This document shows positions 38,304 through 52,900 of a DNA stretch of 64,000 nt, piece after piece. Numbering within the stretch: the first letter of the stretch is position 1; every line of letters starts with the position of its first letter. The notes under the pieces are model-generated. The model was not told where the DNA came from. It made no database searches and saw nothing but the letters and a program-made list of their open reading frames with translations. The stretch is from the NCBI GenBank assembly GCA_964057225.1, contig OZ059894.1, positions 9,796,001 to 9,860,000 of the forward strand. Reading direction: 5' to 3'. Source of the stretch: Auanema rhodensis. Its lineage: Eukaryota; Animalia; Nematoda. The position numbers and the translations under genes are program-made.

Positions 38304-40012
38304 CTAAGAAGATGGGCATGTTGGTGCTGGTGTGAAAACATTGAGAATGTTAACCAACGGGAACATGATAGCAGTTCCAACAAAGGAGCCAATCTGAAAG
38401 CATTGTTTCAATTAACAGAGTTGCAACAAAGCTTACTTGAATAAAGACACCACACCAGAAAAGCTGATTTTCGCTTTTTCTACCTTCTCTTAGAAGGGAA
38501 GCAAAAACAATTCGTAAATACGAATGAATTCCAGCCGCAATCAATGAAGATGTAATCTATAATTTTCTTTTTTACATTATGTTCTGAAACAAAACAAACC
38601 GCAAGAGCACTTCCGGCAGATACTGAATTGAAAATTAAGCTAGGGCTGAGAGCTGCTAAGTAAACGATAAAGCCAGTAACAAGAGATGATATTGCAGTTA
38701 GTACTGCCAAAATAGGAATAGATCTGCAAAAGTTCAAATTTAAAACGCAGTCAGAATTAAATATACCTGATGGTCAAGAAAAATGGAGCAAAAGAAGCAA
38801 TTGGAGATATAACATTAGCCAAAACAACACTGTAGTGATATGTAGACTGAAAGAAGAAGAAGACTAATTTGGAAAAGGTGACATCAAAGTACCTGAGAAT
38901 ATGGTAAAGTAGCGTAACTTTGAATACTAGTAATAACTCCATTCATTTGCGCATTAACCAAAGCTGTTCCAATAAGTACAAGAACAATTTGAGTAAATGA
39001 TAAGCTATTTTCCCCATTAGTAGAATCATTAGTCTGGAGAAGTACAAGTTGTAACTAAGCTAAAGAGCTATTACCAAAACCTGATTGCGTTGAGCATTAT
39101 TAGAATCAGTATTTTCCAACTCATTGATAGAACCTGCTCTGCTTAATGGAGTTCCTTCATGAACTTCATCGTTTGGTTTATTAGTAGAACTAAAAGTTTC
39201 AAAGAAAAGTGATTAAAGAGGGTGATTTGCTTCAAGTGAACTAACTCTTTATGTGCTCCCATTCGATAAAGTATGAAGAAACAGAAAGCAGCAAGTAAGG
39301 TCCAGAAGAAGATTACTAGGAAAAATATGGAAACCGAGAAATGAGGGGGGTCATATTTAGGCTGAGAGCCAATACAAGCATAATTGCCGGTTCCTGAAAA
39401 AAACTTTTGAAATTTTTAAAAGAAATGAGCATACCTTGGATTAAGGATAGCAAACTTGGAACCAAAGCACTACATCCCATACCAACAAAATAGGCATTCA
39501 GATATGCAATGTGAAATTGAGCCATAAATGGGAGAAATAGTACATTTGATATGGAATTAACAAGAGCTAATCCAAATATTAACGCATATAATGCTACTGA
39601 GTAATGTTTGTGTCCGACAACAGCAGTAGCATCCCAGAAAAAGACAAGACCTACATGATCTAATGTTAGAAAAAGCATGAAAGCCTAGCTACTAACCTAA
39701 CTGGCAAACACATGCCAATACTAAAAAAAAGGAAATAAGAGGAACTGTGGGAAGAGGTAATTTAGGGAATCCTTTATGAATAATCGAATATACTAATGGT
39801 CCTATACATCCAATCTACAAAAGGAAATATGACAAATGAGACAAAAAGTTAAATCTTACTTGAACCACACAAGCTAAGTAACTAGGTAACGTCCATTCTT
39901 CAGGAAGAGCAGCAGTCAGTAATGGGAGCTGCATCCATACTGAGTTGGTTCCTATCCATGAACTGGAACCGAAGATGACCACAAGTATGAAAACGCTGAT
40001 AGAAATAGTCAT
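38304..40012 (-). CDS. rft-2: Riboflavin transporter SLC52/RFVT family
   Basis: IFGSSSWIGTNSVWMQLPLLTAALPEEWTLPSYL, SNVLFLPFMAQF..YLNAYFVGMGCSALVPSLLSLIQG and LFWCGVFIQIGSFVGTAIMFPLVNI. The choice of rft-2 over rft-1 is tentative. Confidence 0.9.
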
Positions 40013-43000
40013 CCCAGTGCTGAACGGTGAAGGTTAGATTACTGTAAGTACGAATGACCAAGAAAGGTGAATAGCCAAAAACTGATATGCTAGAAAATAA
40101 GTTTCTTGGATTCATAGATGAGATTATAGCTTATAAGACACAGAAAAAGAAAGAAAATCTGAAGTACACGTGTAATAAAACGTGAAATAAGGATAAGATA
40201 GCACTAAAACATAAGATAATTATAATGAATATAATAGTAAAACTGATAAATGATCTATATAATTGAGAATTAGAAGATGAAAGAAGGTAAAATTCAAAAT
40301 TTTCGAGATTTACTGAATAAGGGCTTATAATAAAGTAGGAAAAACGTGACGATAGTTTGCATGCTATCATTGCTTATCATATAATCATTACCTAAATATA
40401 TGATTAATTGATGTATATTATGGTATCAACAGCACTGATCACACAGCAGCCGTTCCTTGTCATGTTTTTCATAAAAAGCATGTTTCGACAGGTTTTTGGC
40501 GTACATTTGAACTTAAAATGACATGTTAAAAGCGAGTGCATTTTCATATGAATGCTTATCCTGTAGATATTCAAAGCTTTTTTTTCGTTTATCTGATATT
40601 TGCAAATAGTGTGAGAACATTTTGAACAGGAATTAATATAAAGGACAAAGTCAACATTACAATTATTCAAAATATAACTTTTGTTGGATAAAATTGCAGA
40701 GAGAACATTTATTTGTTTCACTCTTCTTCCGATTGTTATTTTCCTCCTCATGTAGTAATATGTCGGAGATAACAAACTGAAGAAGAATTTTTTCAAAACT
40801 TGTACATGTCATTATTGACAAGTTGTTTTCAAATCTGAACAACATGTCATATAATAAATAATGTATTTTAGTACTTGATACTTTTCAATTTTCATGAGTT
40901 ATGATCATGTCATAATACTAATAACAGAAAGAAGCTTTGAAGTTTCGAAAATACATTTTGATATATTAGTACACTTTTGTTTAAAACTTTTTGTAAACTT
41001 GGATGACATGAAACTTGATTAATTACCTAAATCAAAAAAAAAGAACGACGGCTTTAAACAATTCTTTATTATTTAATTACGTTGTTCTACGTGATCAAAT
41101 ATTACTGAATTGATTGCACCAAAGCTTTTTGTTACAACGACAGGTATTAACTGAGCATCCCCGTTTAGCTGGCTATAACAATACTTGAGAAAATAGTAAA
41201 GCAAAACTGTATGAAATTAGATTCTTAATGCGTATTATTAAATTATAAAAATTCACCCCATATTGTGAATAATTAAAGTAGGGTAATGAATATACGAAGT
41301 CTGTTTATATTGTCAAATTAGCTGTCTGTTGAGATACTTAAGTGACTACTCCGTTGACACTCTTCAATCTTATCTACGAGCTCAATAGTTGTACAGGCTT
41401 CTGCCATATATGATCAAATAATACGTATCGTTTAAAGTGCTCAACTATACATACGCACATATGTATTGCTCATATAGTTTAAGAGATTGAGGTGGACATG
41501 AGTGCTTAGATGTATTGTTCCAATGCCACTCGTTGTAGAGCAATTATCAGGTTTTTAGTTGTTTATGTTCGATGTTCGTCTTCAATTTGTCACAATTGAA
41601 CGTATACATATGACTAATTTCCTATAAGCGTATTAGTTTTTGTGAGTTAGACGAATGAACTGGAAGTGTTCGGATGAACAAGTGAGAAGACAAAAAGGTT
41701 TATAGTAATGAAAACTCTTCAGAGAAAAAATATTATATTGAAAGACAAGAGTATGATGATAATGATGATGATGAACAGCCGTGAACCCACAATAACATGG
41801 TCAAAAAGTAAAAAACTGAAAACTTCAAATAGAAAAACAAGTGGGATATAATAAATGATAGATAATAGCTTCACATTACGTTTCATTTTTTTAGATTATG
41901 TCATGTTTTCAAGTGATAAGACAAACTTTGAAGAGATATCCACATGCTGGAATCTTTTTTTTATCATGTTTAACTTGTAATTCTGTAGAACTGACTGATT
42001 CTTCATTACTTTTTAATTCATCATTAATGTTCTTACATAATTCATTAGTGGCTAATGTGTTGAGAACCAAAAGTTGTTTTGCTGAGTTTAATCAGGCAAC
42101 AAACAGAAGTTTCTTGTCGGTGCGTATTCTAAATCCTTTTACAGTCTTTTCAATCCATAACTATACGTATTACATCATATTTCATCCCTCTTCTTCATTA
42201 TCTTCTCCTGTAGCTAAAAATTCTGATGATGAATACGGTCAAGTGCCGTAATGCAATCTACACATACAGGTCAGGCATATGCTCTAGTTTCTACGTGTAG
42301 CATGGGCATGTGTTACTCAATCTTTAAATTAACTAAATCATCTATATAGTGCCTTTAATATAAGTAATATGATTAACTATAAGGAATAATAAGCTAGCCA
42401 TATATAGATGAAAAATAACGAAATCATAATGACATAGCAGATGTTTCATATTTCAAAAAACACTTCACTTTTTTTTCAAATTAATGCATATCCTTAATTT
42501 AATTATATATATTAGTCTTAACAGGAAAACTATTTGAAAACATTTTGTTATATGTTCGATATTGTTTTCTAGTTAAAAATAAATATATTGAGCATATATA
42601 CGTATAATATATAATACGTTAGGTATATACTATATTGAATGCCAGTTGACCATCATTACAACTACGAACATAGTAATAAGATCTTATTTAGTGAATACTC
42701 ACAAAGATGAACTGTCAAACGGCACCTGCATAAGCTAATGAATGATTGATAATATATTGTCTTATTTATTATTAATATTAATTATTTATTCTAGCCGAAG
42801 TTGAAAAAAATATAATTCAATATCATTCTTTTTGGTTTTTTTTCGGAATATGGAATTACTAAAGATAATCCAATTTCAATCAATATTGATTATTTTTCAT
42901 TAGAAAATATCAACTATAATATCTATTATGACAGATATGCTAATTTCACACGCATCTAATTCAGTCACCTAAATGGCACAGCTGATACTATTTTTCATTT

Positions 43001-46000
43001 TTGAATGTTATATGACACTGATCGGTTGATCATGCCAGCCTATTCTATTTATCCATAACAAAAAAGAAAGACAAAGAAGACAAGGAAGTCAACATCGAAA
43101 TAGATGATGCGAGGTACGATTTTCGTCTATTTTTGGATATTTTGTAGTTTAGATTGTATTACTTTCTTGATAATCGTTCATTACTACTTACTTTAGTTTA
43201 CATTATATAATACTGCTTACTTCATTTTCTATAGAAACTTATTCCTATATCGTATGTTATCTGAAAAATTTTGTTTTTCGCTTAGTTTACAAAAATATTT
43301 TTAACAACCTTAGCTAAAGGCAGAATTTTTCCCAAATCTTTGATCAAAATAAGCAGGTAGTAGCTTAAGCAATAAGTTTCGTACACAAATCGCTCATGCT
43401 TGTTCTTATTTTTTGTGACCTTTAAGCCTAGGTTATGAAGGTAATGTAAACAAATGATATTCTTCATTTAATGTATAAACATTTCATTTATACAAACAAT
43501 TATTTCCTAAGTAATACTAAAAAAACTTGCGCATTTCTATAATTTACTCTAAATATCTAGTTAGTCCTTATTTCTTTTAACTATATGTAGTAAATCTATT
43601 TTATTATATTTTGCTTATATTCATTTGTGAGGATTATGCAATTGCACACTGAAAATGCTCAATGTTTAGATTTTAGCAAAGTGAAACAAACATACATCTC
43701 GTTTCGAAAGTTCAAATTTGCTTTAATTTCTAAATTTACATGATTTTCACATAATTTCTCTCACTTTCACTTTAACAATGTTCTCATTTCACATGTTTTA
43801 AATTCTTATTTTAACGCCCCCGTTGTTTAAATGGTTTTATTTTATTTCATTTAAACAGAGTCGTTTTTCATTTTGATTCAAGTAGTTGGAAAACTGGCTA
43901 ACTTGCTATAATTATTCTGAATAGTTTAGAAAATATATTTTCTTGACTTGTATTACTCTTTTGGTGTATTAGATTCATGTTCTTTTTTTTGTGGTGAATG
44001 GAACAGCTATTTTTCAGTTGGTCATTGTCCAATTTTTTTGATTTGATTCCACAACCGATCAGTTTGAATTAACAAAACTCCATTAGCATCATTACTTTTT
44101 ATACTTTGAAATTTACTTTTTTTTGAATATTTTTCTATATCACTTTTGAAAGCACATTGAAGCAAATATGCGTGAAAGAGGGAAAGAGAAATGCTTACAT
44201 ATGTGTTTTCTAGTAAGAAAGTTCAAGAAATGCCCTGCCATTTTGCTATTCTAATAGCTTTCCTTTCCGCGTTTTTTTCGTTCTTCTGGACTTCAAATGT
44301 GCAGAAATTGGAAAAAAAAATGGAAGTTGATCCATATTACAATGAACTTTCTGTTTAAGCAAAACTTAAATAATTTCTTCTTTTATATACAAAAGAGAGG
44401 AAAAAACGAGAAATCTCATGCTATTCGGGTAATCCGCCTTTTCTCTCATCTCTCATGCCTCTTCTTGTTCTCATTTTCTCTGAGTTTATTCACAGAGTAT
44501 CCAGTACAGTCGCCAGTAATTTTACTAAATCTGTATAATTTCCTATTTATATCTGGTCAATTACATGAACAAATAAATTCTATTTCCTAAAAAGCTTTAA
44601 TCATGTTATAAGTGCTTATAACTTTCAATTTATGCCGGATATTTAAATTAGTTTTTTTCTCGTCATGTTTATGGACTTTCATGTATTAGGATGTGTTCAG
44701 TTTTTTTTCCTCTTAATTCAGTTGTAGAAGTATACATATAAGTACTACATGCGTTCTTATACTTGCAAAAGCAAGCTTGCTTGATAATTTCTTCTCTTAT
44801 AATTTTTTTTTCTTTTGCAAAATAAGATTTCTTCGTCTTTTTTTTGTTTGAAATATTACTTTTTTCATTTTATTAACTCATAAGTTTTAAGTTGAAAAGT
44901 TGATCGTTTCAAACTTTATTATTATTGATCTTCTATGTAATATTTTGATTTTCTTTATTATTTTTTCAATTGAGGAAGTTGTTGAATTATGATTTTATTT
45001 CGTAATTTTCAATGTTTAACGTCTTAAACATTATCATTTAACAGGAAATGATCGTGTTCCTTCCGTGAAATTAGTGAGGGAACACTACCTTGACATCAAA
45101 AGAACAAAGTCAACTCTAGAATGTGATAATGCGAATAGCAAAAAGTAGCGCCGAGTTTTGGCAGTCGCTCCAAAATGAGATTAGCTATGGAAGCATTGAA
45201 TTCGTAAAACGACCAATTTCTTTGAAGACCACGATGATGTAACTAGTGAAGATAGTTTAAGGTTGGATGTAAGAATCTCTTCATCTTCTTTCGTTCATTC
45301 CGAACACGAAGATATATAAAGAATACTTAACTTAGTGAAAAAGAAGGAAAAATAGTGAATAGAAAGATGAAGAGAAGACAAGACAGAGAGTGAGTGGAAA
45401 CAGAAAAGAAGAACTACGGCAATGTTATTGGTCATCTGAAGGCATGAACAGGGTATGCTAAAGGGAGTAGTAGACAAGAAATGATGCAGACGTTACGGAT
45501 GAACAGAAAGAAAGGACTAGTCCATTTCCAATCATCGTATTCTTATTTCAATTCTGTTTTCCTTTCTTTTCAATCCGCAATCTATTACTTACACACATTC
45601 TCAAAGTTCTGTAAAATGACTATTTCAAGTTAAGTCGTGATTGAACATGTTTCAAGTACAACCTTCTGTTCACAAATAGGTTTACATGTGTTGACTATAA
45701 CGAAGAAAGTATCACTTGAATATGAAATCTGTATATGTTTTCTTCTTTTCTCCCTTTTTCGTGAATTTATTCATCTTTTGCAGAACTTTTCTTATGCTTT
45801 TTCTCTGTATTATTACTTTTTGTTTATATTTTACTTTTTCATTTTATTATTATTTTGCATTTGCATTATTCTATCAATGCCCTCTGGGGATTACCTCATT
45901 CATCTCATGTTCCTCTTCCTCATTTGCTATAAACTATACCACTCTATAGGTGCATTAACTATACGAACCTATTACCTATGCTTGTGATGACCTCATTTCT

Positions 46001-47915
46001 CTGTGACAGACAGGATGTTTTTCTTGAATGTCTTATGTTGCCTTAATTGGCAGATGCTCAAGCTCTTGCTTTTCTCTTCATAGTCTGCTCTTCAGCCTTA
46101 AGCTCAAATGTGAAGCTCTTATTCGCTCCTCCTTTTTCAGTTGAGCCTGTCTTTCGCGCATCTAATCGAGATCCGTGTATGCCTACCAGCAGCACCATAT
46201 GCTCATGACCTCATGAACGATCTGCTTAACATGATATGACATGTAACGTGATATGTCGTTATGAATACGGTTCTTTCCCTCCATCTTTAACTATCTTCTT
46301 CCCTCTCTTCATATCCCTCTCTCTGTCTCATTCTTGATGTATTCGTTGTGCTTTTAGTGATTTCTGGAGAGGCGAAGACCACATGTAGGCGGAGCTAGCG
46401 ATACAAATAGGCGATGTCACAGTTAGAAGTTGCGCGACTACCCGCCTCCTACCGACTATGCGAGCTTTACCAACATGCAATATCTCTCATAAGTCTCTCT
46501 CTATCCATATATCTTCTTTTCCCCTATATTATCTACAAATTCTAGAGAGAAAATCTTTGTAAATTCTTTTTTTTTTCTAAAATTTCAATTGCATATTCAC
46601 GTCTTTTCCGGATGACAAACCTTTTTCTGCCCAACTGCGACATCAGTTGACCGCACTCGTCTGCTGTTTGACCGGAATACATTCCTTTAGCTAGAACCTT
46701 AAGGCAGCTTCATAAAATAGTTTTTACTTTTCGCATGTTTTATATAAAACAATTGTTTTTCTTCATCGTAGTTTTGTTTTTTTTATTTCAAAAAAACAAC
46801 TATTTCCTCATATTTTGTTTGGTATATTATACATTAAAGTAGTTACCGTTTCATAGAAATGATTTATTATAATCTTTGACTAAAGACCTTGAGATATTTA
46901 CTTAAAAAGTATTATATTCATAATTAATTCTATACATATAGTTAACTATCTCAATTGACTTTGCTGATCGTCTTTTCATATACTCATTAGCATATGAGAC
47001 ATATTAGAAGAGTTCATCCAGTCATTCCTTTACATGAGGTCGATTTCTCTCTAGGTTATGGCTCACTTACACTAGTTATTCTCTAAGGCACACTTCATTC
47101 CAATAAGTTGGTTCTTGAGAACTATACACATAGTATACTGTTGAAATCTCATTTTTTCTACATTTCTCATGGCGTTCTCATGTTCGTTCGCTATCATCTA
47201 ATGATTCAACCATTTTTTTTGTCAGAATATCTCATAAAGCTATGTTAAGTTCTCAAAAGCCATAAAAATTCTCTTTTTTCTTTCATTTAGTCAACTTTTT
47301 TTCTGATAGAAAATATCACTTTTTACCGGTGTCGAAAAGATCCGAGATCGCGGCCTTGTTGATCGGGTGTCCGTCGACGGTTTTTATGGCCTAAAGGACC
47401 TTGTATTCTACTTTGAAGACAAATAACTTATCACATTCTATCCCGAGACACAGTGCCAGAATTCCATAAACGTACTTCTTATAGTTATTATATTTATAAT
47501 CTATTTATATTAATCTATTTAATTGATAATTTAAGTTAATTTATTCAACTTTTAATATTTATAAAATGTCTAAAAATCTGCTCTTTTCTATCAATATTTT
47601 CTTCACAAATGCTGTTACTTTATCGTGTCTGTCGGCGCACATTCAAGTCATATTTACGGTTAATACATTTTTTGATTCCAACCTGACGTTTAGACGGGTA
47701 ACTTGAACTTGTCGGGATCTGACAGCTGTCAGTAGCATAATCGACAAATCGGCAAGCCATTGTGTGCTACCGAATATGGCCGGCGTTGACTTCTGAAGAC
47801 ATGGAGAATAGGAAATCTAGCCATTCGTCTTCGTTACGAGAGATTTTGTATCACAATGTATTTATTTTCCGCTTCTTTTTTATATTGTTGCAGTTTTTGT
47901 CAGTATAATTTGGTA

Positions 47916-47976
47916 AGAGAGAGAGAAAGAGAGAGAGAAAGGGGAGTGAGAGAGGGGAGAGAGAGAGAGAGGGAGA
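47916..47976. repeat. (GA)n polypurine microsatellite
   Basis: Direct inspection. Confidence 0.85.
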
Positions 47977-49923
47977 TACAGAAGTTGCCTATGCATCTGA
48001 ATTAACGTTATTCTACTATTATTTATATATACTATATGTATATATTTATATGTTATATAATAGAATTAACACTATTTACTATTACATTGATTGTACTTTA
48101 TGATTAGAAGACAAGCAACTTGTTCTATTACTATTCTTCTATCTGCCTTCTTTCAGATTCAGTTAAGCCATAGCCGATAATGATTGTTGATTTTACCCGT
48201 CCTTCCCAATGTTCCATCTACTTGCCTTATAACTTTTTTCTCAACTTTTTCCTCTCTAAAAACTGTTTTTTTTTCTTTTCCGATTCATTTCTCTTATTGT
48301 TTTTATTTCAAAATTTATTCATTTCTCTTTCTCACACTCATTTTTATCGCAAAAAATGTTTGATTTTCCTAATTAGAAGAAGCTACTTTTCAGAAAAAAA
48401 AGATGATCAGAAAGATCTTTATGCTGTGAAAGTGTGTTGTGATTCTGTTTCTGCTTTGCTTTCTTATTTAAACATATATGTACATGTATCTATGTTGTAT
48501 AATAGTCTTTCTTAGTTTCTTCTTCAAGCTTATTTCTTTGACAAAGTTTCTTCTCAAGTCGTTTTCTCTATTTAGAGCCACTTCATCATTATCCTTTTTC
48601 ACTGCTCGCTCATACAAAAGACTTTGACACATCATCATCTTCATCATGCACAAGTAGTGTTTAGACGTTGTCTACCACAACTCTAAGATGCTTGAAACTA
48701 TATAGATGAACTTCGTGTGAGGTCTCTAGTGTGTCTCATATCTCAGATTTTGACTCTAAGCAGTCCATTTCTGTTAGTTGAAACCTCCTCCCTCCCCTGG
48801 TTGTCATTTATCATGCTGATGTCATTATGCCTTGTCTCTGACCTTTTCCTCAACTAGACCCTACATCTTACAGTTGTCTCATCTCTCTCCGTCTATCATC
48901 CTATTTTCATATTCGGTATATCTTTAAACATAGAAGATATATCATTATAACATATACTTTTCATTTTAATATTAATCGTGACACCTTCAACAATTCAATT
49001 TCTTCTCTTCGTTCTTTCTTCATATTCTATCGGTCCATTGAGACATATACGTACATACATGGAGATTCCAGAGAGAGTGAGAGAGAGCTTCATTGGAGGA
49101 TGTCCACTAAGCTTGTCTCGGACATTACGTTCGTTCTATAGTTTCTGAATCTATTCATTTTCATATCATATGTATCAATAGCATATATCTACAGAAATTT
49201 TTATTTTGTTTACTTTGCTTTCGAATCTCATTCAAAAGCTAATTATCCACGTCCCTTGCGTTTATCTCTTTTGTTTTTTCTTTTCAAATGCTGAAGAATA
49301 ATCAAAAAAACTTTCATTATATTCTTTTTAATTTATAATGATTTTCTAAAATTATTCAAAAACTCCTAATGCGCAAGCAGTTAAAGATGGACAATCTCCC
49401 AAATGCGAGAAGAAGAGGTGGGTCGGCTAGGGCGGGGGGAGGGGAGTAAGAGTTGTGAAAGGATTGGGATGAAGCGACCAGCTTTCTTCTGCAACACCAT
49501 TACCCCACATAGCCTTCTATTTCTGAAGAGAATAAGAAGGAGATGCTCTAAGTTGAAGTACTCCCCTATAAGACTATGAACCTTATCCTTTATTACTTTT
49601 TATTTTATTTACTTTTAGTATTTCACATTTCACACACTGACCATTCCGTCAAAAACGTTGTTCTTTCCCATTTACTTTCCTTTCACTAACACTAACCAAA
49701 TATTCCACTTGGCCTATCGTCTCCGCTTTTTTTTTCAAGATCTTCAAGCTTTTCAAGTTCTTTCATTTGCATTTTTTTCATCTACGCCTCTTTTTTCAAA
49801 TTCTTTATGCTTTACATGTTTTGTCTGAGACGTTTTTGCATTCCAAATTGAGCTAATATTCCATATATTGAAAGATTTTTCATTTTCAGAGTTCTTTCTA
49901 AGTAACGTTGCCATGAAAATACG

Positions 49924-52900
49924 ATGAAGTCCAGGATTTCAATCAGTCTATTCTTACTAACTTACCTTTTGGATTCATGTTATTCAAGTAAGTTCCATTT
50001 ACGTATTATCATTATATTTTTCATTTCTCTCAATATCTTGTCTATCATTTTATATATAACTATACGTATAATTAATAGATCTTCTAAATGATAGATGAGC
50101 CTATTAATTTGGAAATTGATTTTGATCATAAAATGCTCGTCAAATATTCTTTGCTTCCGTTTATGAGACAGTAACAGAATGATAAGATGATAATAGCTGT
50201 TTAATTATTTCTTTTGAATGATCTGTATCGGATATTCAATTTATGGTTCAGAATGGTTGAAAGGGTTAGAGACCGAAGAGAGGGCGTAGTGAAATTATCA
50301 GAAGTATTAAAGTGTGTATTGTAACGAAAGTGGGATTGGGGGGGGATGGAGATGGTGATGATGTAGATGTTAACTGATGAGATATAGATGACGTGAAGAG
50401 TTGATGTGGATACAACTAGTAACGATATTGTCATGTATAACTTATCTATTTATATTATTATTATTGAATGAAGAAGAATGTATAAGAGTAAAGCTTAAAG
50501 TTGTTTATTATGTTCGATTATGTAGTATTTCGTCTTTATATCTTTTCCGCATGGCCTCATAGCCTATTATGAACATTAACATCCTTGAGCTTAAAAGCTC
50601 TATTGTTTCGATCATGACATTCGGTCACGATCTTAGCCTTCCTTACAACATATGCTTTAAAATGCCGCATAACAGTCAAGGAATTAAAAAGCTTATTAAC
50701 TATTAATGACAATAGTTGGAGGAAACTAAAAGAATAAATGCTTCTAAGTTCAAGAAGGAGAATGAGAGCAAACGAAAAGAAATAGCAAAATGCTAAATAT
50801 TCAAGAAGTTACGAGAAAATATGGTAACATATGCTACATTTTCAATTTAAAATATCATTTTTTTTGAGAATTGAAAAGAAAATTGTTACTATGTGTTACA
50901 CAATTTTAATCCATGTTTCTTCCTTTTCTGCTTTCATTTTTTTCCGATTAATATGGACGAAAATCTTTGTGAGAATTCTGATTGCCTCAGGCTAGGAAAA
51001 TGCGCATTCTATTGCAATTCATTCAAAAGCTTTCCTGTCCTATGGGATAAACTTAAACGATTTTTTGGTTATTCTTTTGAATTCATCTTTGATAAGCAAT
51101 TCAAGAATGTTCGATATCTTCTTGATTGATTTTGGAATTTCTTTGAAATCTTTCTAAACAGGCGGGATAGTCAACACGTGGCCCTTTCATACAAGCGATC
51201 CCCATGACAATGGCCGAATTAACGGATATCTTTAAGCAATTAACATAGATTTTCAGCTCATTATGAATCAGAGACAGCTCATATGATGAGAAGAGTAGAA
51301 AAGAGAACAAGTGAGAATAGGACAACAGACAGTGATAGAATTAGATGGCTTTAAGGGATTCTGAGTGAAGATAAACCGATTGTAAAGAAGAAGTTACATT
51401 TAACTATATGTTTCGAACATAACTCAATTACATGAATCTCTATGTTATGGGTGTTCGAATAAGAGGAGACGGCTCATATCACAAATTTTCCTGTTACATT
51501 CCCATATAAGAAAATTACTTTTCTAGCTTTTCTCATTGAAAACTTCTTCAACAATCTCAAGAATCAGAATTCAAGTCTGGGTTATAGCACAAGTAATGAG
51601 TTTCTTATGTTCTTTGAATGCTTCTCAGCTTAGAAGTCATAAATGAACAAGTTTATAGTTTAAGTTCATTTGCTGTTCTGTTTGAATACTTTAATGACTG
51701 AGCTAAGTGACTCATTGATTTGGTCCATCTGCCTTTTCTTATGACCTTATCTGTCGTCCTAGCTTATTATCTTTCTCAAATTTCTTTTCTTCAATGAGCT
51801 TAGGAGCCTGCTGGAAGGCACAGAGCTGATTATGAGCGTTTAGTTCATCATAATGACAGAAACCTGTTGATGACAGCCGGAGGAAATGATTCACGGCGCA
51901 TTGAATGATGGAGAGAGCTGCGGGAGACGAAAGCGGGATAAGCATTGCAACCATCTGCTGAGCTTGTTCTAAACTTATATGGCTAGGTTAGGCGGGAAAT
52001 TCAATCATGAAACTGTCAAAATGGATTTATTCAGAATTTAATGTAGATTTGGTGTTTATTTATAAAAAAATTATATAAAGAATTAGAAAGATACAAGGGA
52101 AATTTATAGATTAATTTAAGGAATTGTTGGATTCCGCTGTGCATCTTTTGAATATTTTTTTATTATTTTTTATATATTTTGCTTTATCTATAGATCATGC
52201 TGGTCGAGAAATGCGTGCTACACGCATGTCTGTTGTCGATTTTTGGAAGAACGAAACCCGTGGTGATGGTCTGAATATACGTGTAGCTCATGGAGTCAAC
52301 AGTTGGCCAGATCTCGTGGATCAACTACATGGTTAGTATTATATTCTTTTCTTATTAAACTATATCATACATCAACTAATTTGGGAAATAATGTTAATTC
52401 CTAGCATATTGTATCTGAAGTAAAGCTAATGACATGAACATCGTTTGGAGTATCATAGAGAGAGCTATATACATATGTATCTGAAGACGAGAGGGGGGGG
52501 GGGGTTATTGCAAAGGGAAAGATCCCGACACCGGCTGTCCAATCCCATAATCAAGGACCTAATTTCCTTCGTTTTTTTTTCGCCATCGCTTACCTCATCA
52601 GCTGGCCCTGCAACGTCGTCTAGCCCCGTGTCTTAGATGATTCTGACCGAAAAATCTCTTTGATATGAGCGACAAGGCATAACTAATTGGAAATAGCAGT
52701 CTGCAGTTGATCAGAGACATCGGATTACCGTAAGACAATATATTAGGTCATTATAATATATAAATATCTCTGAAATATAAAAAACAGCCGCCAAAAGGTG
52801 TGTAGAGAAGAAATATATGAGAAGACATGAAGAGGGCAAGGGTAATGAATAGGGATAAGACATGAATTTTGTTTAGAAAAATCAGATATATAGCATGATA

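Noticed and set aside
43020-45150. Exon-like fragments (KKKDKEDKEVNIEIDDAR at ~43060; NDRVPSVKLVREHY at ~45045)
   Set aside because: They cannot be joined into a consistent ORF with a start codon.
49907-49920. X-box-like GTTGCCATGAAAAT
   Set aside because: The 3' half does not fit the RFX consensus and the site lies inside the 5' UTR.
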